DNA from: a virus | Taxonomy: Duplodnaviria > Caudoviricetes | IMG/VR virus record: IMGVR_UViG_3300037424_001025 | Location: 1 to 26,191 of that record | Strand: one strand, 5' to 3' | Length of the DNA: 26,191 nt | Shown: positions 17,397 to 24,817 of the stretch, piece by piece | Numbering within the stretch: the first letter of the stretch is position 1 | Layout: each line of letters opens with the position of its first letter | Program-made: the position numbers and the translations under genes | The notes under the pieces: generated by a model | Told to the model about the DNA's origin: nothing | Seen by the model: the letters and a program-made list of their open reading frames with translations, nothing else | Database searches by the model: none

Positions 17397-17470
17397 TCGC
17401 GGGGGCCGGCTTCGATCCGGCATCCTCCGGGTTATGAGCCCGGCGAGCTTCCTGGTTGCTCCACCCCGCA
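17397..17470 (-). tRNA. tRNA-Met(CAT), initiator type
   Basis: Full cloverleaf: TGCGGGG/CCCCGCG acceptor, GAGC/GCTC D-stem (A11:U24), CCGGG-CTCATAA-CCCGG (three G:C pairs), GCCGG-ATCGAAG-CCGGC. A73. No encoded CCA. Confidence 0.92.
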
Positions 17471-17479
17471 CGGTGGCCC

Positions 17480-17608
17480 GTTCGTTAGTGCTGCTCCCTC
17501 GGACCACATCAGGTGGGCCAGACCTTCCGAGGGCGGCTCCCGTGATTGTCGGCCATGACCACGGGTCAGTGCGTTCTACCCCCGAAGGGTGAAGGCCGAG
17601 CACTCGCT
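17480..17608 (-). ncRNA. Structured ncRNA candidate (three hairpins plus a possible kissing-loop pseudoknot)
   Basis: Lies between a promoter and tRNA-Met. UUCG-capped hairpin, CCCGTGGT/ATCACGGG and CCCTCGGA/TCCGAGGG stems, complementary TCGGCC/GGCCGA segments. Confidence 0.55.
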
Positions 17609-17615
17609 GGCGGGG

Positions 17616-17644
17616 ACGTTACGCCTCGACGTCGAGTCCGTCAA
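17616..17644 (-). promoter_or_regulatory. SigA-like promoter for the ncRNA/tRNA-Met unit
   Basis: TTGACG, 17 nt spacer, TAACGT. Shares CCTCTTGACGG context with the promoter at 17284. Confidence 0.7.
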
Positions 17645-17682
17645 GAGGGGTAGTCGGGATCAGGAGAAACTGCCGTCGCGGG

Positions 17683-19110
17683 TCAGCCGCGCAGCCGGGC
17701 TCTGCGCTTCCCGGCCAGCACGTCCATCCCGCCCGACACGACGTCGACCTGGTCGTCGTGCTGCCCCTGGCCCTGCGGCGGGAACATCACCGCCTCCGCC
17801 AGCCACGCCTGGTTCCACTCGCCACGCAGGAGCTTGAAGTTCCCCGCCTCCGCCGCCGACGCCAACGGACGGGCACGGTCCACCTTCGAGTCCTGCGGCG
17901 AGCAGCCGTCGAAGTCGTAGCCGGAGAACAGCCGTCGACGTACGTCCGCGATCACTCGCTTCCCCGAGCTCCCCGGCTCCTGCTCCATCCGGATCGCGAC
18001 CTTCCGCCCGTAGATCGCCTTGTCAGCCTCCGCTGTAGCCACCAGCACCTTGTCCGTCGCGTGCGGTGACCACCGGCCGCGGACGACGTCGACGAGGAAC
18101 CACACACCCTCGTGGAGCGCGAGGAGCCCGCCGACCGTCCAGTCAGGGTCAGGGTTCTCGCCTTCCTCGGTCGCCGCGAGGTCCCAGAACCGGACGAGGC
18201 GTGCCTCGCGTGGCCAGTCGTCCACGATCGGGAACCACTCGGCCTTGAGCATCTTGCCTTGGGGGCGGATCTCCCAGTCGCCGTCGCGGATCTGCGCACG
18301 GGTGATCGGGTCGAGCTCGAGGAGGGACTCGAGGTACTCGTCGACGTCGAGCGACGGGTTGTCGCTGATGCGCGCCGGCATGAACGGCTTCTCGGGCCGC
18401 GGGCCTTCACCCTTCCGCCATGCGAGCCAGGGTCCCACTGTGCGGTCGAACACCCACTGCCCACCTGCGCTGCCAGGGTTCGTGCCCCACCGGACACGCA
18501 ACGGGACGTCCGCGACGGAGAGCCCGCACTTCGGGCACCGCGGGAAGATCGGCTCCTCCAAGTCGTCCTTCTTGCGGCGCAACCTCGAGAACATGAACGT
18601 GTAGGGCAGCGACGTCGGCCAGTTCGTCAGCTCATCCCACCCGATGTACTGCCACGCCCCACCCGCGAACTTGAACCGGTCCGCCTCACGGTCAAGGTGA
18701 CCGAACATGATCGACGCGCCGGACGGGAACTCCCAACGTCGCTCCGACGCGATCCACTCGGCAGCCGTGGGTGCCAGCCACTCCTCCGCGCGGGGGATCA
18801 GGCCCTCGTCCATCGTGAGCTGCGGCCATGTCTGGCGGAGCAGCAGCGACGCGTATCCCGGCACGCACACGTACTGCAACGCGCCCATCAGCAGCCCGTC
18901 CGATTTTCCACCACCTCCAGCGCCCCCGTACCCGGCCTCGCGCGCGTCGACGTTCAGGAAGGCGGCTTGCTTCGGGTGCGGGGTATGGGGTGACCAGGAC
19001 CCGCCGGCGTAGGGGCCGTCACACGCCGTCCGTGGCTCCAACCTCGGCAGCAGCGTCTGGAGCTTCTCCGGCGGGAGGTTCCTCAGCGAGTCCGCCAGCG
19101 AAGTCAACAC
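17683..19110 (-). CDS. terL: Terminase large subunit
   Basis: PHPKQ, Walker A YGGAGGGGKS, Walker B IGWDE, GTNPG coupling motif, nuclease motifs FWDLAA and HDDQVD. RBS GGAGG. Confidence 0.95.
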   Translation of the reverse strand: MLTSLADSLRNLPPEKLQTLLPRLEPRTACDGPYAGGSWSPHTPHPKQAAFLNVDAREAGYGGAGGGGKSDGLLMGALQYVCVPGYASLLLRQTWPQLTMDEGLIPRAEEWLAPTAAEWIASERRWEFPSGASIMFGHLDREADRFKFAGGAWQYIGWDELTNWPTSLPYTFMFSRLRRKKDDLEEPIFPRCPKCGLSVADVPLRVRWGTNPGSAGGQWVFDRTVGPWLAWRKGEGPRPEKPFMPARISDNPSLDVDEYLESLLELDPITRAQIRDGDWEIRPQGKMLKAEWFPIVDDWPREARLVRFWDLAATEEGENPDPDWTVGGLLALHEGVWFLVDVVRGRWSPHATDKVLVATAEADKAIYGRKVAIRMEQEPGSSGKRVIADVRRRLFSGYDFDGCSPQDSKVDRARPLASAAEAGNFKLLRGEWNQAWLAEAVMFPPQGQGQHDDQVDVVSGGMDVLAGKRRARLRG

Positions 19111-19696
19111 CGGCCTCCAACATCGCTTCGAGCATCGCGACCGACCGATCCACGGACGGCGTCACGTCCTCGTGCGCGATCGGGCCGCCACCCGGACCCT
19201 GATGCTGCAGCACCTCGGACGGCAGGTCGCGAGCCAACCGTTCGACCTTCGTGCCGATGTCCAACAGGCGCGCGACGTCGACCAGCGACAGATCCTCCGC
19301 CTTCACCGCACGCAGCTTCTCGATCGCCTTCCCGACCGCGACTGTCCCCGCGGCCGCGTGACGGATCCGCATGTTGCGTTGCGCCTCGATCAACTCCGCG
19401 GTGCCGACCCTGGAGATCGCCTCGTCCCATGCCGCGACCCGCCGACGCCAGTCGTTCGCCGACGACCACGAGAAGAACCGGCGTTCTGCCGCCGTTCGCG
19501 CGCCCTCCCTGCGGCCCTTCTCGGCTGCGATCTCGCCGTGTGGTGTGCCCTCGGCGTAGAACGTCTCGGCGGCTTTGCGTAGCGACCGTGCAGGGCCGAG
19601 GTCCCGGTAGTGGACGAATGCCTCGTACGCCCGTGTCGTCTCGCTGTCCCTGTGGTCCCAGGGTTTGTCGCCTGGGGTGTCGATGTCCCACGGCAT
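19019..19696 (-). CDS. terS: Probable terminase small subunit
   Basis: PWD....ET.RAYEAFVHYRDLGPARSL..., WSS..DW..RV.AWD, GPGGGPI motifs. Directly upstream of and overlapping terL. Confidence 0.75.
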   Translation of the reverse strand: MPWDIDTPGDKPWDHRDSETTRAYEAFVHYRDLGPARSLRKAAETFYAEGTPHGEIAAEKGRREGARTAAERRFFSWSSANDWRRRVAAWDEAISRVGTAELIEAQRNMRIRHAAAGTVAVGKAIEKLRAVKAEDLSLVDVARLLDIGTKVERLARDLPSEVLQHQGPGGGPIAHEDVTPSVDRSVAMLEAMLEAGVDFAGGLAEEPPAGEAPDAAAEVGATDGV

Positions 19697-20001
19697 CAGT
19701 TCTCACTCGCGGTCGATCCTTCGGCCGCTCGAGCGATAAACCCGGAGAGCCCGAGGCCGAAGTGTGGGTCTGCCGTCTGGGGGCGGAGCGGCGCCCGCAG
19801 CTCTGTGCCGTCAGGACTGATGCACGGCTTGCCGGGCGACATGCCGATGGGTGCGCCGACGAACACGAACGCCTCGTCGCACTCGACACAGGACACCCGG
19901 ATCTCGGCCGAGTAGCCGACCACCTCGGGGTCGTCGTCGCTCTTCATCATCCGGATCACGTCGACGAAGGCACCCATGTTCTCGTGGGCGCAGGCCATCA
20001 C
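19696..20001 (-). CDS. Conserved-looking phage hypothetical protein (CxH, CxxC)
   Basis: 101 aa, coupled to both neighbours by stop/start overlaps. Confidence 0.7.
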   Translation of the reverse strand: MMACAHENMGAFVDVIRMMKSDDDPEVVGYSAEIRVSCVECDEAFVFVGAPIGMSPGKPCISPDGTELRAPLRPQTADPHFGLGLSGFIARAAEGSTASEN

Positions 20002-20912
20002 GCACCCGCCAGGTAGTCAGCAGCCATGAGCTCGACCGCCTGCCACGCGTGGGTGACCCCCCCCGAGCGATCATGCGGTCGATTGCCTGGCGGATCACTC
20101 CTGCAGCGTCGGAGGGCATCTGGTAGCCGAGGATCGTCGGGGTGGGGGATCCAGTCGGCCTTGCGCTTGAGTCGCTCTCCGCTCTCGTCCCACCATGCGG
20201 CGCCGAGGCTCGTCACGTTCTCCTCGAACACGTCGAGGATCAGGCCGAGTGACACGGCTGTGTTTTTCACCCCGTGGGCCCGCCCCGCGATGTCGAGGGC
20301 TTCGAGTAGCCGGTCGAACTCCTCGAATCTCGCTGCCCATGCGACGTCCGCGCCCTTCGCCTCTGCCATGGCGTCTTCGACTGCTGCTTGTGCTCGTTCC
20401 AGCTCCGGGGGGAGGAACACGATCGTGAGTGCCTGGTAGTCGAGGTTCGCTTCGGACAGCGGGTCGACATGCACTGTGTCGAGCAACTCGAGGGTCTTGT
20501 CGTCGAGGGCTGCGTACTCACGCCAGTCGACGTCATCGATCGTGTCGTACAACTCGGCGAGGATCGCCGGGTCGTCTTCACCCGCGAGTTCGTTGTGGGA
20601 CAGTTGGATCGCGATCTGTTGGTCCGGGGTGAGCTGGTCGTCGGTGACCATCACGTCGATCTCGTCGAGGCCGGCGTCGACTGCGGCCATCACCCGATGG
20701 TTCCCCGATAGCACCAGCCACTCGCCGTCTTCGGTCTTGCAGCAGAACGGGACGCTCGTCAGCTTGCCGTCGCGGCGGATGTTCGCGACGAGGCGCTGGT
20801 ACACCTCCTGACGCATGAACCGGGCGTTGCGTTCAAGCAGTCGGATGTGCTTCGGGTCCACCTGGAGGATCCGTGTCGAGATCCCCGCGATCGCTTCCTG
20901 CGGTGCGGTCAT
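19998..20912 (-). CDS. ParB/Sulfiredoxin-like N-terminal domain protein
   Basis: LLERNARFM, LVANIRRDG, VLSGNHRVMAA motifs. Apparent compensated double frameshift at 20057-20148. Confidence 0.88.
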   Translation of the reverse strand: MTAPQEAIAGISTRILQVDPKHIRLLERNARFMRQEVYQRLVANIRRDGKLTSVPFCCKTEDGEWLVLSGNHRVMAAVDAGLDEIDVMVTDDQLTPDQQIAIQLSHNELAGEDDPAILAELYDTIDDVDWREYAALDDKTLELLDTVHVDPLSEANLDYQALTIVFLPPELERAQAAVEDAMAEAKGADVAWAARFEEFDRLLEALDIAGRAHGVKNTAVSLGLILDVFEENVTSLGAAWWDESGERLKRKADWIPHPDDPRLPDALRRCRSDPPGNRPHDRSGGVTHAWQAVELMAADYLAGA

Positions 20913-21202
20913 GGTGCGCTCACGAACGCTCGGAGCTTCGCCCGCCAGCCCCTCGGTGGCTCGACGTACAGCCCTGCTGCTCGCACCTCACCCAGAACGA
21001 CGAGCCGACCATCGTCGTATGGGTCGGCGATCAATCCTGTCGCGACGCTCACCGGACGCAGGAAATGCTCCTTGCACCACTCCACCGCCTCCTCCGCGAC
21101 GAACTGCTCCATCCCTTCAAGGAAGCGGGCGTCGTCCAGCGCAGCAGGGTTCACCGGCAACCAACGGCCGTACGTGCGGATCTTCACCAGCTCACCGGGC
21201 AT
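20909..21202 (-). CDS. Hypothetical protein (97 aa)
   Basis: Fills the gap between the modification gene and ParB-like gene, with overlaps at both ends. Confidence 0.65.
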   Translation of the reverse strand: MPGELVKIRTYGRWLPVNPAALDDARFLEGMEQFVAEEAVEWCKEHFLRPVSVATGLIADPYDDGRLVVLGEVRAAGLYVEPPRGWRAKLRAFVSAP

Positions 21203-22523
21203 GCTTCGCCTTCCACCACTCGAGAGCTTCCGCGAGAGACCACCGACCGGCGGGGCCTTGGTACGCCAACGCGTACCGGTAGGCGCCGTCCGGGTTCTCC
21301 TTGCGGGTCACCATCTCCAAGATCCCGCGGTACTTCATCGACACCGGCCGGTCCGTGAACGCCGTCGTCACGATCGCCCGCACCCGATGACCCTCCGATC
21401 GTTCCATCAACGTGCGGGCCTCGTGCGACTGCGCGCACGCGACGACCAGCTTCGACAGCCGCGCATGGCCGGTGCCACTCACCGGGAAGTCGGACAGCAG
21501 GTACGCATACGGCTCGGGCACCTTGCCGCCATAGCTCGCCGTCGCGTTCGGCGCGCCCGTCGCGAACACGCCCAGCAGCCGTCCGTCCGCGAGCACACCG
21601 ACCGCCATCCGTTCGGCGGCCGGAGCGATCCTCGGGTTCAGGTACAGCGCGCGCAGCGAGTTGAACTGGCCCGAGCTCAACTTGACGAGGGAGAGCCGCT
21701 CGAGGAGGTCACCAGTCCGCAGGCGGGGGATCGTGACCTTCTCGACCTGCTGGCGGGGAAGTGAGATGCGAGGCCGACCACCACTCGCGTACACGTACAT
21801 GGCCCGGTTCCGGGCCGTCGGCTGCACCTTCCCGCAGTAGGCGTGATCGAAGCGGGGGAACCTGTGCAGCGTGCCGATCAGCCAGTGGTCTCGACGAGAT
21901 AGGCGCTCGAGGACGTCTTCGGCATCCTCCGGACCCATGATCCCGTACTCGGGCTCATGCCAGTCGAACACCGCGTTGATGCCCTTGAACATGGTCTCGT
22001 ACCCAGAGCTGTCAAATGGCGGAAAAGTGACAGCCCCCGCTTCCTCGGGCACGCGGTCGAAGTAAGGGCGGACGTCGCCAGGCTCGAACGACACCAGCCG
22101 GATCTTCTGCTCAGCGAGTGTGCGGAGCGTCTTCGCGTGCAGCGCTGGCCAGTTCTCGATGTACGCCGCGCGCAGCCGCTCGTACCAAGGTGACACCCGA
22201 TCGTGGCCTTGCAGCATCGCCGAGCCGAGCAGCACCGTCGCCGCCGTGCGTTCCGGGGTGTCGAGATACTCGCCCAGCCAGCCGTACTCCTCGACCCAGT
22301 CCTCGCTCACCCGCACGTCGAGTTCCTGGCCGGCGAGCGCAGCACCAATCGCGCACGAATACAAGCTTACGTCGTTCCCGTGGAGACGCACCCGCTGATC
22401 AGCGAGGGTGCGCTCGATCGTGAAGTTCCCCGAGCAGCCGACGTACACGTCCTCCACGCCCCAGCGGCGCACGTGCTCATGCACGATCGACCGCAACGCC
22501 TGCGGAACGCTTCCCTGGAACAT
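21192..22523 (-). CDS. Putative DNA modification enzyme: amino-methyltransferase-like N-domain plus GNAT/Mom-like C-domain
   Basis: 443 aa from MFQGSVP (TGATG overlap). VYVGCSGNFT (motif I-like), HGNDVS, FPPF (DPPY-like). C-domain YLLSDF...RLSKLVV...VTTAFTDRPVSMKYRG. The GNAT assignment is inferred. Confidence 0.65.
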   Translation of the reverse strand: MFQGSVPQALRSIVHEHVRRWGVEDVYVGCSGNFTIERTLADQRVRLHGNDVSLYSCAIGAALAGQELDVRVSEDWVEEYGWLGEYLDTPERTAATVLLGSAMLQGHDRVSPWYERLRAAYIENWPALHAKTLRTLAEQKIRLVSFEPGDVRPYFDRVPEEAGAVTFPPFDSSGYETMFKGINAVFDWHEPEYGIMGPEDAEDVLERLSRRDHWLIGTLHRFPRFDHAYCGKVQPTARNRAMYVYASGGRPRISLPRQQVEKVTIPRLRTGDLLERLSLVKLSSGQFNSLRALYLNPRIAPAAERMAVGVLADGRLLGVFATGAPNATASYGGKVPEPYAYLLSDFPVSGTGHARLSKLVVACAQSHEARTLMERSEGHRVRAIVTTAFTDRPVSMKYRGILEMVTRKENPDGAYRYALAYQGPAGRWSLAEALEWWKAKHAR

Positions 22524-22861
22524 CAGCCCCCGCCTTGTCGAATCCGCGAGTGCTGGAGCTGGTGCTCGCTGTTGGTCAACGCGGCCAGGGGCGCGACGTC
22601 GTTGTTCGATCTGTCCTCGTCGAGGTGGTGCACCTCGGTCTGGTGGCCCGACAGGACGGTCACGCCCGCGTCTCGCCGACGCGCACGGTGATCCGGCCGC
22701 TTGAGCATGACGTAGCCGTTCTTCCGGCGTCGGCCCGTGCCCAGCGTCGGCCGCAGCGTCTTGGTCGGATCGCCGTGGACGAGCCAGCGGCGGTAGTGGA
22801 TCCCACACCAGCCGCGGCTTCGTACCGGGCGGTGGCACCCCTCGATTGAGCATTCCGGCAT
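22523..22861 (-). CDS. HNH endonuclease-like protein, probably degenerate
   Basis: CSIEGC.....RGWC..HY.RW..HGDP N-terminal motif, GYV, VHHLDEDRSNN....L......H...H. RBS GGAGGT. Confidence 0.8.
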   Translation of the reverse strand: MPECSIEGCHRPVRSRGWCGIHYRRWLVHGDPTKTLRPTLGTGRRRKNGYVMLKRPDHRARRRDAGVTVLSGHQTEVHHLDEDRSNNDVAPLAALTNSEHQLQHSRIRQGGG

Positions 22862-22884
22862 CTGCCACCTCCCGCTTCGTTGAG

Positions 22885-22956
22885 AGCGCAGGGCCCGACT
22901 TGCACGGACGCTGCCCGCCTGGAAGGCGAGGGTGCTGCTCGTTACACCACCTGCGC
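22885..22956 (-). tRNA. Atypical tRNA-Gly(TCC)
   Basis: GCGCAGG/CCTGCGC acceptor with U73, GTGT/GCAC D-stem, CTCGC-CTTCCAG-GCGGG, GTCCG-TGCAAGT-CGGGC. T-loop has TGC instead of TTC and the D-loop lacks GG. Confidence 0.88.
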
Positions 22957-22966
22957 GTGAGGCGAC

Positions 22967-22996
22967 AGCATAGCGACAAGGACACTAGACGGTAAA
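22967..22996 (-). promoter_or_regulatory. Putative promoter for the tRNA-Gly/modification/terminase operon
   Basis: TATGCT -10 (22967-22972) 10 nt before the tRNA, CCGTCTAG half-box (22985-22992), weak TTTACC -35. Confidence 0.55.
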
Positions 22997-23422
22997 GGGT
23001 CCCTGTTCCCGCTGGGTCATCGTCCGTACTTCCGGGGGCGCGTCCGCCCGCCTGGGGCCGTCAGGGACTTTGCTGCTGCTACCCCCGCTGGTGACTTCCA
23101 CGAACACGGGTGGAAGCGAGAAGGGCATTGGTCGTCCGAGGATGACACGCCTGTCTCCCTCGACGCGACCGTTGGAGCAGTCGGCAGGGCAAGGGATCGT
23201 GCTCCCTCCGCTACCCATGCGTGATGGCAGGTCCGAGTCCTCGAACGCTCGCACTAGACCGCCGACACAGTTCTCGGGGCATGGCTTCTCGTCACGCCAG
23301 GAGAACGCAGCAGAGAGCATGTGTTGAGTGAGATCGGCACAGTCGTCATCATCAACACCCCATGACGCCAGCCCCCGCGCTACGGCTTCGACCAGTCCTT
23401 CGGGGAACGAGGAGCCAGTCAT
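22985..23422 (-). CDS. Hypothetical protein with two CxxxC motifs
   Basis: 145 aa from MTGSSFPEG (ATGA overlap, RBS AAGGAG). CPENC...CPADC. Confidence 0.65.
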   Translation of the reverse strand: MTGSSFPEGLVEAVARGLASWGVDDDDCADLTQHMLSAAFSWRDEKPCPENCVGGLVRAFEDSDLPSRMGSGGSTIPCPADCSNGRVEGDRRVILGRPMPFSLPPVFVEVTSGGSSSKVPDGPRRADAPPEVRTMTQREQGPFTV

Positions 23423-23583
23423 GAGGCGGTCGCTCCTTCTACGAGGGTGAGAAGCGGTCCACCGTTGCGACTGATGCCGATGACCCTCCATGCCTGGCAG
23501 TTCGTCGGCAAGCACATCGGCTCGTTGGCGTCAAGGTCGCTGGTCACGACGCGACCACACCGAGGGCAGCGTTCCTGGCTCAC
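23419..23583 (-). CDS. Small Cys-rich protein (54 aa)
   Basis: MSQERCPRCGRVV...CLPTNC. GTGA and ATGA overlaps. Too short for the ORF track. Confidence 0.6.
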   Translation of the reverse strand: MSQERCPRCGRVVTSDLDANEPMCLPTNCQAWRVIGISRNGGPLLTLVEGATAS

Positions 23584-23843
23584 GTCTCGCTCCTTCGTTC
23601 GGGTGACTCCTCAATAGCGGCGCGACGGATGAACGCTCGCGTCTCGTCCAGCAGCGGGAACTCCGACCCGTCCGACCAGCCATCCTGCCAACGTTCGAGC
23701 AACGCGACCGCCTGCTCCAACATGCTTGGGGTCGGTGCTTCTTGCGGCTCTTGCCACGAACAGACGGGGCAGTAGCGGTGCGTCTCGTGCCAGAACGGTT
23801 CGGGGCAATCCTGGGGCGATATCGCTGCGCGTTCGGTGGTCAC
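23580..23843 (-). CDS. Hypothetical protein (87 aa, C/H-rich N-terminus)
   Basis: GTG at 23843 with RBS GAGGAG. CPEPFWH..HRYCPVC. Confidence 0.65.
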   Translation of the reverse strand: MTTERAAISPQDCPEPFWHETHRYCPVCSWQEPQEAPTPSMLEQAVALLERWQDGWSDGSEFPLLDETRAFIRRAAIEESPERRSET

Positions 23844-24319
23844 TTCTCCTCCTCGATACGGGCACGGACGCGGAACAGGTCGCCAGTGCCACCCCAATAC
23901 ATGCAGGGACCGTCAACTCCGTCCTCGTCGTATCGACCTGCAAACTCCAGTTCGCTCCCCATGACGATCAACGGCGTGTCGGAAGGAATCGAGCCCTTGC
24001 CGTGGCAGGTGGAGCATCGCTCTGTCGTGCGTTCAGAGACCCCCAACTCGTCTGTCGAGTCCCCTTCGATCTCCCCTCGACCCCCACAATCGGGGCAGGG
24101 TGTCTCCATCCGAGCAGCCGACATGGCAGCGGCTTGGACTTCCGCAACGTGGGTTTCCCATGCGATGTACCCCCCTCGGTCACCCGTACTGGACGACTCC
24201 TGACGCCATCCACAGTGGCAGTGGTGGCCGTCCGGGATGTAGTCACAGCGACGGCGTGCATCGCGCAACACTTCAACGGCCTGGTCGAAACCTTCGGGGT
24301 GCTTCTGCTCACCGCTCAT
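23840..24319 (-). CDS. DnaJ-type Zn-finger repeat (CxxCxGxG) protein
   Basis: CPDCGGRG and CSTCHGKG, plus an N-terminal CHCG...H motif. Confidence 0.7.
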   Translation of the reverse strand: MSGEQKHPEGFDQAVEVLRDARRRCDYIPDGHHCHCGWRQESSSTGDRGGYIAWETHVAEVQAAAMSAARMETPCPDCGGRGEIEGDSTDELGVSERTTERCSTCHGKGSIPSDTPLIVMGSELEFAGRYDEDGVDGPCMYWGGTGDLFRVRARIEEEK

Positions 24320-24408
24320 GGTCGTTCCCCTTCCCGCGCGCGCTCACGACAGGTCTGCGCCCACTGCCCGTCGTCCAGTTGTTCCCAACACCCAACCACG
24401 AACGCCAT
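24316..24408 (-). CDS. Mini-ORF (30 aa)
   Basis: MAFVVGCWEQLDDGQWAQTCRERAREGERP. TGATG and ATGA overlaps exactly bridge its neighbours. Confidence 0.5.
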   Translation of the reverse strand: MAFVVGCWEQLDDGQWAQTCRERAREGERP

Positions 24409-24629
24409 CACGGGCGCACCTCATGCTCCTCAATGGTTATCCCCGAGAACCCAGTCACACTTCGTGGGCCGTACGAACAGCCCGCGAAGTTCTCTTTCTC
24501 TAGGGCGACGACCTCCTCTCGTGTTGGCTCTCGGCTGAAAACCCCGAGGGATGCTGCCCCGTTGAGGCCGTAGTCGACCACGACCGCCCACACCCTCATG
24601 ACCTCGAATGACGGCTTCGGCTCACTCAT
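24408..24629 (-). CDS. Hypothetical protein (73 aa)
   Basis: Starts MSEPKPSF. ATGA overlap. Confidence 0.6.
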   Translation of the reverse strand: MSEPKPSFEVMRVWAVVVDYGLNGAASLGVFSREPTREEVVALEKENFAGCSYGPRSVTGFSGITIEEHEVRP

Positions 24630-24817
24630 CGTTCTTCCCCGTCCCACTCAGGTGTCCAAAGTCCTTGCCGACCGCGCATCGGGACCGGCACGCAGGTCAT
24701 TCGCCGTCCGCCATCGTGGATCGCCTCCCACGTGCGCGCCAGCTTGTCCCTTGCCGTCGCCGAACCGCCGTGCAGGTGCATCGCTGCTCCGCACGAGCAC
24801 GCGCGGGTGGCGCTCAC
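24626..24817 (-). CDS. Hypothetical protein (63 aa) with ASCH-like C-terminal motif
   Basis: CSCG N-terminus. Ends PVPMRGRQGLW. Confidence 0.55.
   Translation of the reverse strand: MSATRACSCGAAMHLHGGSATARDKLARTWEAIHDGGRRMTCVPVPMRGRQGLWTPEWDGEER

Noticed and set aside
17331-17603. 90-aa minus-strand ORF
   Set aside because: Overlaps the tRNA-Met, hairpin and structured RNA, and has no RBS or protein-like features.
17625-17636. Perfect palindrome CTCGACGTCGAG in a promoter spacer
   Set aside because: TCGACGTCGA words are common in coding regions of this sequence, so it is likely chance.
19998-20912. ParABS partition system with the parS at 17327
   Set aside because: No ParA in the window. 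The ParB-like gene lacks a clear HTH and sits in a modification/terminase context.
22524-22985. 154-aa N-terminal extension of the 597-aa ORF
   Set aside because: Runs through the tRNA-Gly and HNH gene. The real start is MFQG at 22523.
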